In this document: one piece after another, positions 24,466 to 35,700 of the stretch
Layout of the letters: each line of letters starts with the position of its first letter
Numbering within the stretch: position 1 is the first letter of the stretch
Program-made: the position numbers and the translations under genes
The notes under the pieces: generated by a model
What the model was told of the DNA's origin: nothing
Seen by the model: only the letters and a program-made list of their open reading frames with translations
Database searches by the model: none
Source: Bispira polyomma
Lineage: Eukaryota
Length of the DNA stretch: 64,000 nucleotides
Direction of reading: 5' to 3'
NCBI GenBank assembly: GCA_965649765.1
Contig: OZ287754.1
Location: 51,522,001-51,586,000, forward strand

Positions 24466-25447
24466 TTAAAAAGTAGTAGAGACAATAGAGGCAAAAGTAG
24501 ATGGGATAATGGAGGCTGCATGAGACGTAGCTTGTAAGTATGACCAAACAGCATCGGATTTCCAGCACCCATGTCTTTGTATATCCTGGAGTTTTACATT
24601 TGAGTTAAAAGCTAGAGAGGCTCCAGAACGTCTGAAGCAATGAAAGGAATGGTCATCCAAAGGAATGTTAAGGTGAGTGAGGATGTTATTGAGTGTAAGT
24701 CTGAGCTTAGAATCTGAAAGGCAAAGGCCTTTGTCTGATGGGTGGGCCAGAAATGGGGCTATAGAATGTAGATGATATTTCTTAGATAGAGATGTGGAGG
24801 CTCTAACTGGAAACAACCAGGGGTTTGTAAGTGAAGGTAATTGGATGATGTCTGGGTTTTTTTCTACTGTGGTTAGTCTTGCTCCATTAGAGGATAAGGT
24901 GTATATCTGGTGGGGCGAAAACTATGTCAGCCCTAGTGAGGTGTCTTGTAGGGTCAAAAGGTGAGCCTGAAGTAGTGGTAAGATTGGAAAATCTAAGGAA
25001 GCCGAAGAAAGCGAAAAGAAAGGCTGTCCTGTAGAACTCAGGGAAATGAAGTAAGTCATAGGCCTGTGAAATTTTGGATAATTGGTGGAGATCAAAAACT
25101 CCTTTTATTCTGGGGGTGTATTTGGTGATGAGTTCTAGAGACCTAGTGTACAAAGTTAATCTAGGGTCATATAGGCCTGTGTGTTGGAAATTAAACAGTT
25201 TGGCATTGTGTCTTAAGGCAGACAGGTAATTTGCAATCACTTTGTGAGATATTCCTGATTGTGTTAGAAACTCCAAAAAAAGCTAGGATGGTGTTAAATC
25301 TAAATGTGTGTTGTAAGTCGTAGTACACAGTGAGGGCTAAGAACAGTCTGAATTGACTATTGTATTGTCTCTGGGTTCTGGGTCTGTGGCTCTGTCATAG
25401 TCTTGTAAGGGCACCCTGGATCAGTGAGCCAGCTGAGTGAGAAGTCC
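24466..25447 (-). pseudogene. Tyrosine recombinase of outer Ngaro (stops and frameshifts)
   Basis: RHRY-type motifs FLRFSN, HCFRRSGA and HGCWKSDAVWSY. The N-terminus SHRPRTQRQYNSQFRLFLAL begins right after a TTTCAG acceptor. Confidence 0.9.
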
Positions 25448-25467
25448 CTGAAATTATGAATAATTAT

Positions 25468-27520
25468 CTAATGTAAAAAAGTAAGAGGTATGTCAAACAT
25501 TTTGAAATTGTCAATGATAATAGCCCTAGTGTAGTCGTCACAGGAGTTAGGTTCATACCAACGTGAAAGTGTGTCAGCGATGATATTGTCCTTGCCTGGA
25601 ATGTGACTAATTACAAGGTCAATGTTTACTGTGGCACAAATCTGCCAAAGGTTCCTTAAGCATAGTCCTAGGTAGTTATCTTTAGTCTTGGATGACTGCA
25701 CCACAGTCACCACAGCCATGTTGTCTGACTGAACCTTAAGTTTTTGGTTTTTCCATCTGTGACTCCAAAGCTTTAAAGCAATCAAGATGCTAACCATTTC
25801 AAAATGTATGATTGATAAAGTATGAGTCAAAAAGAGAGGTACAGGAGTTTTAAACACGTTTTTGTCCCATATACCACCAATGCCAAATAAGCAAGCGTCT
25901 ACCTGTAACAGGGCATCATAAGGTTTGTTAACATAATTATAGGTGGTTATTCCGTTAAATTGCAAGAGAAATTTCAAAAACCAAGCTAAATCCTGGTGAA
26001 AATCCGTATTCAGGATAACTGTGTTACAACTAGTAGATTGGCGAAGTAGTGTAAGCATCCTGTTCATAAATATATGCGAGGGTTTAATACATCTGTGAAT
26101 ATACAGCAGTTTTCCTAGTAAAGATTGATATTTCTGTTTACGTACCTTTCTTAGGTATTGGAACTCGACACAAGTATCATATATGGTATTCAGTTTATCC
26201 TCGTCTATACTGAGGGTTTCATTTGTGATATCAATAGTGATGCCCATACAGGTGACTTACTGGGAGAAACTAACTTTTTAGAATTAATGGGAAGACATAA
26301 ATCTATGAGGGTTTCTTGTAAGGTGTTGTAAGCTAAAATGACCTTATCTTCAGACTCTACGAGTAAAAAATCGTCGATGTAGTTAAATACTGTGAAACCT
26401 TCAGTTTTATAATATAAGTGACACAATCTGAGGCCATCATAAAGGCCGCCGTGCCATGGGTTAGGCCAAAGGTCAGGGTAAGATCAATGTAATAGTTATT
26501 TTTCCAAAAGTATCCAAGTTTAAGGCAGTCGTAAGGGTCAATTCTAATGTTGCGAAAAGTGTGAAAAATGTCCACTTTCGCTAAGGTGGCCTTAGGACCA
26601 ATGGTCAAAATGTGGGAAGTAATTTGGTCCATAGTTGGAAGTTTGAGGTTGAAGTTAATGTGGTCATATTTAGTTTTTACTGTGCAGTCATTCACAGATT
26701 GTCCTGTGGGATGGGAGAGATTTAATACTAATCTATGTTGGTCAGTGTCCTTAGGGACTGTTAATAGAGGAGAACAGTGCAAGTCTGGGTAAAGATCACT
26801 ATTGATAGGACCAATTATGGTGCCTCTATTAACCTCAGTAACGAAATATTTGTCTATTGCCTGAGGCAAGGCTTTGGCTGAGAATGATGGTTTTTAACAT
26901 TTGTAACATGTAGTCGATCTTTCTCACGTAAGGAAATAGGGAATACGAATACTTTTGTCAGGGTAGTCAGCAAAATATTCTTTCCACTTGGCCACATTGA
27001 GGTTACTCTTAAGTGGAATACGTGCCAATAGTTAGGGACTCCAGTGGCTTTAATAAAGTTGGCGACCTCCACAAGTTTATGATATGAATCAATGTTGACC
27101 TCTTTTCTAACAGGACCCACAAAGGTGAAGTTATTATACACATGTGGAATGTAACCAAAAAGGTTTACTTTCAATTACTTTCAATTACCAAATTGCCCTC
27201 TTGTATGTTGTTGTTGTTAGTGAGTTTATCTGAGCATTGTGATTGAAGTTCTTGTGTTATAACGTCCTCATGATCTACAAGGGGGATGTGTATGACAGTG
27301 GTATCACGGCTATGAGTATGTTTTATATCTGATAAGATTTTGAGCTTTGTAGTAACAGGTACTACCTGAATTTGTGTCTGTTCATCAAGTTTACATATGT
27401 TATCTATAATATTTGTATAATATATAGTGCTACCTAAAGTGTTACGTGTATGTGAGGAAGTTTTGTTTGAGTTACCTTTCTGAGAGGTGTTTGCACAGCA
27501 GGCCCCTTCAGGGGACTGAT
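25468..27520 (-). pseudogene. RT-RNase H (pol) of outer Ngaro, frameshifted
   Basis: AKVDIFHTFRNI, LTFG, FNYIDDF, LQVDACLFGIGG, IIHFEM, SDNMAVV and NIIADTLSR spread over four ORF fragments. Confidence 0.9.
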
Positions 27521-27812
27521 AGTTCAGTCCACATACAAAATGCTTGATTATAATTCACAACCTTAATTTCGGTTACACCAAAGATATATGTAGCTATTTA
27601 CTGGGCTACTAGCCAATCACAGCCCACACAATTGTTGTTTAGGCTTCACTTTCTAAAGCACAATTTTAAATCTCCATTCAAGCTGTAGATTTCGAATGAA
27701 CAACAAGTGGAAAATATTTTTTATGAAACAAATGGACTGTATATATTTTATTTTATGGTTTTAACTTTGTTTTAATTGTGTGTTACACGGTGCATATTAT
27801 AAAGGAATCGAC

Positions 27813-29196
27813 ATGGGCCGCACTAAGAAAATGCCCACACAAAGCTCTGTGAAAAAATCCACCAAGAAACCACTGACTTCACGTAAGACAAAGGAAAAGC
27901 AGGTAGAAGACACTTTAGTTCAGAACCTTGACGGCCAGTTATCCCAAGTAGCGGGCTGCCTCAGTAATAATAACTCTATCCAACAGATGCATAGCGATAC
28001 ATCCCCTATTATGTCTTCCCAGGGACCCTACTTAAGCCGGGTTCAGACGTGTCCGACAGTCAAAATTCAGAAAAAATGCTAGCCATCCTCATGAGGTTAG
28101 AATCGTCAAAAGCAGATTTAGCTGACCATCTACAGAAGGTAGAACAACAGGCGGCGACAAACGTACCCACGATACACACCCCTCCTCTTATCGGATCCGG
28201 GCATGAGACGGCTATCGGGCAGATGGCAACTACCCCTTCACTGGGCGCGGGATGTGTTCCACCACATAATCAAGCTACTTCAGGGCACTTCGGCCAGGCT
28301 GTGTCTATGTTGCAACCATATACAGGCTATCTCTCTCACCCAGCAGCTCAGGCTAATGCTGCGTTCGCGTTCCCTACACAGGCAGTCGGCGTTGCATCAG
28401 CTTACATGCAAAATACCAGATGAGATGTCCCTGTAGCAACACAGACGGGTTACATGGGACAAGAATTCCAACGAGACGGGATCGTTCCAAACCTCGATAC
28501 TCTGAGATCTATACCACATGTTCAAGCTGAAGTGACTCGACAACTGGCACAGTACTCGGTCCCCACGCAACGTGACTTAACACAAGGTAAGACTTCCCTT
28601 AAACATAAATCAGGGCGCTTTAACAATACAGATGTTACCGCTATGGACCCCAGAGTAAGATGGCCCAATTTGGTTGGGTAGGGGGATCCTCAAAAAAGAA
28701 GCCGACCTTTGACGAACTCACAATGCCGCAGTGGCCTGCAGGGCAGCTCGCTAACGCGCTCTTAGTTCCCAACCCTACAGAAATGAAGGACATGATAAGA
28801 CAGGTAATTTCAGGGTTAAGAGATGCTTCATCTCTCCCATGGCACGTGGTCAGGACAGCTTGGGCCCTCAGTATGCATGAGGTTGAGGAGGGTCGGCTGT
28901 CCTGGCAGAATGACACCCAATGGTCACTGAATAGACTCAGTGCCTCGCAGTTGGCCATGATCAACAGTGCAAACGTAGGTACTAATGGTAATAACGGTAA
29001 CAGTGAATCTAAGCTTATTTGTAAACTCTATAACAATGGCAAGTGTAGCCATAAGTCAGACCACAACAACTACAAACATATTTGCTGGCACTGCAGCCGA
29101 ACCCTAGGAAAGGACTCGAACCATCCCAAGTTCAAGTGTTACAAATCCAATAGTAAACAGCTGGACAGCCAGGCGAATCAAGGGAAACAAAGCTAA
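27813..29196 (+). pseudogene. gag of inner Ngaro (frameshifts, one stop)
   Basis: Homologous to the outer gag (KSGRFN, WPN, FDELTMPQW); C-terminal Cys/His cluster CKLYNNGKCSHKSDHNNYKHICWHC...HPKFKC. Confidence 0.82.
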
Positions 29197-29631
29197 GTCT
29201 TATTTCAACAACCAGGAGAACGAACTATAGATAAAGATGAGTGTAGAGTAGAATTAATGAATAAAGATATTAGTAAAACTGAAACTGCTAAACATTTCTG
29301 TTATGAAAATATAATTAATAAGATATTGCCTTATGGTAACCAATATATCAACTGTGTTAATAATAATGTAAACATTATGAATAATTATGTAAGCACAACG
29401 TACTCCAGTAATGTTATAGATGTTTTAGATGAGGGCATGATGGCTGATCACAATTGTGCATCAGAACATCATGATTTTTATGTGTATGATAATTTGCAGT
29501 CCAGCTTTAGTGGGGGCAACCAATTTCAGAACTATACCAGTGAGTCAGCTTAGAAGTTCAACGCTATCTATGATGGTACTTATAAACCAGCAATAAGGCA
29601 GGTAGTTGATAAAAATCATTTAGAAGTAACA

Positions 29632-31953
29632 GTGACTGTTACCAATTGGCAACATTTCTGTCAAAAATGGTCCATTTGGGCCCCCATAGTTTTCTTAAAT
29701 TGTACTTACAGGGAAATTAAAGGGTTTTATTATATGTACCATCATAGTGGGGATAATGAAGTTAAATATATACCAGTGATACATGTACCTCAAGAAAGAC
29801 TGCAAGTTATAAACAGATATGTCACAGCCATATACCATGACCAGGCGACACAGTTTCAAAACTTAATAGGAAAAAATATCCAATTGAATGCTGAAGACAT
29901 CAAACAAGCAGGCAATGTCTATTACAATTTTAAGAAAGATGAAAAATGTTACCAACAATATGGTTGTGACTATTCTGAACATATAACTAACATTATTGAT
30001 ATTATGTGTGATGAGAAATGGAATGTAGGTAGCAGTGACAGTAGTAGCAGTACAGTCAGAGAAACAGTAAGTACTGCACATGGACACAATACTCTCAAGA
30101 GTGTGGCCTGCGATAAAATATACACCTGTCCGATACGTGACTTCTTCTTCCAAACTGATGGGGTCAATGTTGGCCACACTTCTAACACTAGGGAAAATTT
30201 TGACATTAGTCAACTTGAGAAAAAAGTGGGGTTTATTCCCTTATCTTCAACAAAATTTAAGTTTATTGGTCCTGATCAGGAACCAGTTAAAATTGACTCA
30301 ATTGAAAAGATGAGAGAAATTGCTGCTATAATTAGAGGCACGAATCTCCCTAATTATAAGCAAGCTAGAATTCCATTGATCTCGGGATTACACCATACGG
30401 CTTGGGAGAAAATGCTCACTGACTACCCAGATCAATTATTGTTACAGTATGTAAAATTTGGCTTTCCTTTATCACTCACAGATCCAGAAAAGTTAAACAA
30501 CTCTAAGATTGTGAATCATTATTCTGCTCTGCAATACACTAAGAAAGTCGGACAATATCTTGAGAAAGAAAAGTCAAAGGGGGCAATGTTAGGCCCAGTT
30601 AAACAAGTGAACTCACAACACTATAACTGCTCACCGCTTTTAACCAGACCCAAAGACATAGATAAACGTAGGGTAATTTCGAACCTTTCTTATCCCCAAG
30701 GGCAGTCACTGAATGAAAACGTAAACAAAACACTGTTCGATGGGATCAAATTTACTTTAAAATTCCCAACTATTGATGACATAACGGAAGCAATACAGGA
30801 TACTACAGATCCAGTGGTTTTTAAAATTGATGTGGCCCGAGCTTTCCGTAACTTGAGGGTAGATCCAGTTGATGCACTTAAACTTGGCATACAATTTGCT
30901 GAAGGTCAATACATTGACCCTGCAGTAGCGTTTGGGTGGGTACATGGAAGCGCGGCTTTCCAGTGCTGCTCGGACGTTATAGCAATGTACATGTCTAAAC
31001 ATGGCTTTAAAGTCTTTTGTTACATCGATGACTACATATGTGTATGCACTAAGAGTAGGGCTGATAAGGGTTTCCATATTCTCAAGTATTTACTACTAAA
31101 GCTAGGTTTCCCCATGAACGATGATAAGCTTACACCTCCCACAACAAGGCTCCCAAGTTTAGGTATAGATTTTGACATCATAGCGGGCACTATTAGTATA
31201 CAGCAAGAGAAACTTACAGGTATATTGCGAATGATTAATGACACATCTAACAAACTACACATTTCACGCACACAATTTCAGTCTTTATTAGGAAAATTAT
31301 TATACATCCACAAATGTGTGAGACCAGCCAGAACTTTTATAAACAGATTACTATTACACTTTAGAAAAGATCATAGTTCCAAAAAATTCACAATTTCTGC
31401 TGAAATGCGTAGTAATATAAATTGGTTTCAAAAATTTTTACCACAATATAATGGTATATCATACATTACCCATAAGGACATCTCACACATTGACGAATTA
31501 CATCTGGATGCCTGCTTATCAGGTTTAGGAGGCGTTTGGAACAAAGAAGTCTATGCTACACCATATTTCAATGTATACGGGAGAGAGCTTACCATAGTGC
31601 ATCTAGAGATACTTAACATTGTTCTGGCTTTAAAAGTTTGGGGTGAAAAATGGGCTCACAGTAGACTTGTAATTAAGTGTAATAACATGGCCGTTGTACT
31701 GGTTGTTGAAAGTCAAAAGCCCAAAGACGAATTTCTAGCATTATGTTTAAGAAATATTTGGTTGCTTACAGCCACATATGACATTAATATTGACATTAGA
31801 CACATTCCAGGCAAGAAAAACGTAATAGCAGATGCTCTTTCCAGGATCTACTGTCAAAGTCCACCTAGCGGGAACATGTTACATAACCTATATAAAAATT
31901 ATGTCTGGAATTTAATACCCATCCAACATTTTGACCTAATTTTTTTGATATAA
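29632..31953 (+). CDS. RT-RNase H (pol) of inner Ngaro, 773-aa open ORF; the frame extends upstream to 29197 with one stop
   Basis: FKIDVARAFRNL, AFGW, FCYIDDY, LHLDACLSGLGG, IVHLEILN, CNNMAVV (N where the outer element has D) and NVIADALSR. Confidence 0.92.
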   Translation: MTVTNWQHFCQKWSIWAPIVFLNCTYREIKGFYYMYHHSGDNEVKYIPVIHVPQERLQVINRYVTAIYHDQATQFQNLIGKNIQLNAEDIKQAGNVYYNFKKDEKCYQQYGCDYSEHITNIIDIMCDEKWNVGSSDSSSSTVRETVSTAHGHNTLKSVACDKIYTCPIRDFFFQTDGVNVGHTSNTRENFDISQLEKKVGFIPLSSTKFKFIGPDQEPVKIDSIEKMREIAAIIRGTNLPNYKQARIPLISGLHHTAWEKMLTDYPDQLLLQYVKFGFPLSLTDPEKLNNSKIVNHYSALQYTKKVGQYLEKEKSKGAMLGPVKQVNSQHYNCSPLLTRPKDIDKRRVISNLSYPQGQSLNENVNKTLFDGIKFTLKFPTIDDITEAIQDTTDPVVFKIDVARAFRNLRVDPVDALKLGIQFAEGQYIDPAVAFGWVHGSAAFQCCSDVIAMYMSKHGFKVFCYIDDYICVCTKSRADKGFHILKYLLLKLGFPMNDDKLTPPTTRLPSLGIDFDIIAGTISIQQEKLTGILRMINDTSNKLHISRTQFQSLLGKLLYIHKCVRPARTFINRLLLHFRKDHSSKKFTISAEMRSNINWFQKFLPQYNGISYITHKDISHIDELHLDACLSGLGGVWNKEVYATPYFNVYGRELTIVHLEILNIVLALKVWGEKWAHSRLVIKCNNMAVVLVVESQKPKDEFLALCLRNIWLLTATYDINIDIRHIPGKKNVIADALSRIYCQSPPSGNMLHNLYKNYVWNLIPIQHFDLIFLI

Positions 31954-31959
31954 TTACAG

Positions 31960-32934
31960 GTGCCACTGCCATCAGTCAGAATGTCATCACTTCAGCGTGT
32001 GAAAGAATCCACACAGCTCTCAGACCAAAGACTTCTACTGCTTATGAAAATCAGTTTAGAACTTTTCTTGCCTTCAATAAATTTGCAGGCATTTCAAACA
32101 TTTCTGTACATTCTGTATTGGCCTTTATGGAATATTTAACACAAAATAACATTTCACCTGCTGCAGTGGCAAACTATCTCTCTGCTTTAAAATTTATGGC
32201 TAGAAAACTGAACTGGGACTTAGCCCCCTTCAGTCACAATTCTGTGGCACTTTTTGTTAGAAGCATTACAATCAACTCAAAATTTCGCCCTAGATACAAG
32301 GGACTGTTTGAGATTGCACAATTGGCACAGATATCAGTAGCATGTTCCATTCTGGATGATCCAATACTGTATAGATCCATTTTTATGCTTGCTTATTTTG
32401 CATTCCTTAGATTATCCAATATTGCCCAACACTCAAGGGCTTCATTTGACAGCTCTAGGCACTTTCTTAGACAGGACGTAATGTTTGGATATCCAGGGGC
32501 CCATATTATCTTGAAATGGGCAAAAAAATTGCAAAATAGAACAGACACACATCATACAAATCCCAAAGTTGGAAAATAAGCTGATTTGTCCAGTACTAGC
32601 ATTACAAAAATTACTAGCTGTCAGACATTTACCTCCTTCTGCACCACTTTCTGCAGGCGCTGGTATTCCACATTATACTGTAGTAGAAACTCATGTTAGA
32701 ACAGCATTAGAAAAGGTTCTCACACACATCGGCATTCCATACTCCTCACATGGGTTCCACACGTTTAGATGTTCTGGAGCTTCATTTGCATTCAATCACA
32801 ATGTATCCTTACAAACTATAATGGCCCACGGGCTATGAAGATCATCTTCAGTTTGGGCTTATTTACAGAAAACATCACAAGCAGCATCAGTGGTGCCTCA
32901 GACCTTTGCCTCTGCCATTCCCTCTTCTTTTTAG
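31960..32934 (+). pseudogene. Tyrosine recombinase of inner Ngaro (one frameshift, one TGG>TGA stop)
   Basis: ALRPKTSTAYENQFRTFLAF, FLRLSN, HTFRCSGA and HGL*RSSSVWAY; the ORF starts after a TTACAG acceptor. Confidence 0.9.
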
Positions 32935-32942
32935 TTGGGCTT

Positions 32943-33800
32943 GGGTATGGTCAGATCGTCAAAGGAGAAACGCTTTTTAATGATGCCGGAGAGACAAGCC
33001 TTATTGAGCCACCGTTTCATCGGATCAGAGACGCACATGTCCAACACATTGTAACGCCCAGATTTCTTCTTGGTGGCTAGCTTACCTTGCAAGCATTCAT
33101 CAGCTGCCCAGGCCTCATACCGAGCAAGACGGAGAGACACCTCATTTTGAATCAGGGAGGACTGCTTAAGGACATCAGGTGTCGGTAGGATGGCGTCCTG
33201 TAAAGCTTGTTGTGTGTTGTCAATACTAGGAAGCTCTTGGGTCTGTGACTGCGACTGACCTGCTATGTGAGGTTGAGCGTGAGGCAAGTGGGTGAACTGA
33301 GAGAGGTCTCTATGAATGTCATATCCTGGTACACTAAGAGGTACTTGGGATGCGAATCTGGAGGTAGGGTCTTGAAGAACCTGTGTGTTATGCCCTGGCG
33401 CGTGAAGCTTAGTGGTAGTTGCAGGTCGTATTAGTGGAGTCGTTGCAGGAGCCCCTGCTGTAGATAACTGAGGAATTGGGGTCTCAGAACGACGAGATTT
33501 GAGGTCAGAAACGAACTCTTGAAGTTTAGAAAGAGTTGTGACTAGAGTTTGCATCATAGCTTGTTGTCTACTGTGAATGTCTCGGTGGAAGGTGTCAGAG
33601 TTAACTTTATCAGAGAAATTACTCACAGAATCACTGTCAAAGTTGCTTGCTGCTCCCGGTTCTTAACCTTGTGAAAGTTCCTCTTCAGGTGATCCAGATA
33701 TTCTGTTACATCTAATCCCGACTGGTCGGGGATGAGAGGTATCGCACTTTGAATACATAGCTGTATTTACAGCAAGTTGCTTCTTCCCCCCCTTGCCCAT
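32943..33800 (-). pseudogene. gag of outer Ngaro, N-terminal part; C-terminal half lost at the junction with the inner element
   Basis: ATG at 33800: MGKGGKK...KCDTSHPRPVGIRC...; one internal stop; KKKSGRYN...RFSFDDLTIP aligns to the inner gag. Confidence 0.8.
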
Positions 33801-33970
33801 TTTACTAATAATATCCAAGTGTTAGGCACCACGAGTAGAACTATAATGTGTCTAAGGTAATAATACACTAAAATAACGTAAAAGCAGGGTATAAAATAAA
33901 CCAGAACATATAAAATAACAAAGTTTTCTTCCAAAGTTTGCTGAAAATCCAATATGACCGCTTTGGGCAC

Positions 33971-34192
33971 AAAAAATATATGTGTTGCTTTCTTGACTTG
34001 GAACTTAATAATGGTGAATTTGTGAGATAGGCGGGAAGAGTTATGCTATGGAGGAAGGTGATTGGTCACTTAGCCTAAGTGTGCTAATATCTAATTGGCG
34101 TAACTAGGTAAACAATTTTAAGAGAGGGTCTACATTAAAGTATCGAATTTTTGCCACTGACTTGCCATGCTATACTAGCAGTGACATCAACA
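33971..34192 (-). repeat. Split direct repeat A1 (5' terminus of outer Ngaro)
   Basis: 222-bp copy of 24043-24265; contains CCAAT boxes on the minus strand. Confidence 0.95.
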
Positions 34193-35129
34193 TGATCTCC
34201 CATATCGTAGTGATTAGGGAGTTTATCTGTAGCACAACAGTCTGTAACGTCAAGGGATCATTAGAGACAACAACCATTGACCATATTATCTTCTTAGAAA
34301 ATGCATGTTTTTTTCTTATATAAAATACAACTTCTATTATCTGAATTTCTACAAACAGAATATTTAATTTTATTAACACACTTTCTCTCTCCCCAGTTGG
34401 AAATTTTTTGTTTTTTTTAAATAAATGTATAAATTTTTGTGTTAGTTTGTTTCACATTTATTGTGTCGCAAATTATACGTATATCTGGCAAATGTTGCCT
34501 TCCTATTTCTTTTTAAGAATACCATAGTTTTAGCGTTGACCATACTGAACATCACAAGGCATAGACAAAAATGATTACATATAACTCATCTGTAAAGGTT
34601 AAGGTGAAGTCATGGTTAGAGTATCAGACATTTTATATCTACAGGACCAAAAAAATCAAAAAATCTAAATGCAATGTGTGATCTTCGTCTGCAACATGTG
34701 TCCATTATTATTAAAAGTCTTAAAGATCCGCTAAAAGTCTATGCCCGACACATTGTTTTTGTTATACAAAGGAAGATTTAACTTTTTCTAAACCTCGATA
34801 TGGTGACAGTAGTAGGACCATAAACAGTGACATAAGCATTAATTGTTATAACCATAACAATGTGTTTCAAAATGCTAATAATACTGATGATGATATTTAT
34901 TGCTGTTTATCTAAACCATCACTACAAAAGTATTGTGGCTTCCAGGACATTTTATTATGAATGGGTACAATTTGGGGAAAAACCGGGAAATGTCCTGAAT
35001 GAGGCCAATATAAACAATGACAGAGAAATTCGTGTGCTAGATATGAGTTCGCCATATGTCAGTCATATTACCAGTATATTACTAGAGTGATATGGTCCAT
35101 TGTTATCTATGAGTACATATGTATATCTC

Positions 35130-35700
35130 CTAGAAAAAGTAGCAGATCAGGTGTTTACTGACTTATACAACTTTATAACAAGACTTTCTGGCTTCCTATT
35201 AACAAAGACAAGGTTTCTACCACACATACAAATTACTTGCTTAAGAATAAATGCATACTTATAAGAGTGCAACACTAGTATTATACAGGACAAGCTGAGA
35301 GAAATGCATGCTAGTGGTTGTAAAGTATATACCAAGAAATGGGAAAGCTCGTTTCTGAATAAATTCATTAGATAAGCAAGGTTACCCATCAACAGGATTC
35401 TTCTGGAATTACATAATAACCTACCAGCAAGTCAATTTAACATGATGGCATTTATGCTGATTTATGCACATGCTAATTTAAATTGAAACTTCTTGCCACT
35501 GTACATCATTATTACGTTCACTGAGCCTATATGAACGAGTATTTCACATACCGTCCATCTGGATGCTAGCCTCGCAGGTAAGGGTGTCACTTGGACTAAT
35601 CAAGCTTCTGTCATCCGGTGTTTAAACAAGACATGTTGATTTTTCCTCTCTTGGTGTTAAACATAGTAATCACTTGTAATTCAGGTAACCTCTCTACGAA
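35130..35700 (+). mobile_element. Highly decayed RT/RNase H remnant of a third Ngaro-like element
   Basis: Peptide relics such as PINKDKVST, IQITCLRI, KFIR*ARLPINRILLEL, FLPLY and VHLDASLAGKGVTW are colinear with the pol of the other two elements. Confidence 0.6.

Larger units (their letters stand above)
27521..32945 (+). mobile_element. Second, divergent Ngaro-type YR retrotransposon nested in opposite orientation; 3' repeats deleted
   Basis: gag 27813-29196, pol to 31953, YR 31960-32934. Only TTGGGCTTGGG of the B1 repeat remains before the outer gag resumes. The 5' boundary is approximate. Confidence 0.88.
23353..34192 (-). mobile_element. Ngaro-type tyrosine-recombinase retrotransposon (outer element), degenerate; organisation A1-gag-RT/RH-YR-B1-A2-spacer-B2
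   Basis: Split direct repeats A1 33971-34192 / A2 24043-24265 and B1 24262-24458 / B2 23353-23549, each pair ~95% identical by eye. Encodes gag, RT (YIDD), RNase H and YR. No methyltransferase domain, which favours Ngaro over DIRS/PAT. Confidence 0.92.

Noticed and set aside
29181-29190. GGGAAAC -1 frameshift site at the end of inner gag
   Set aside because: The heptamer is not in the required X XXY YYZ phase relative to gag in this copy.
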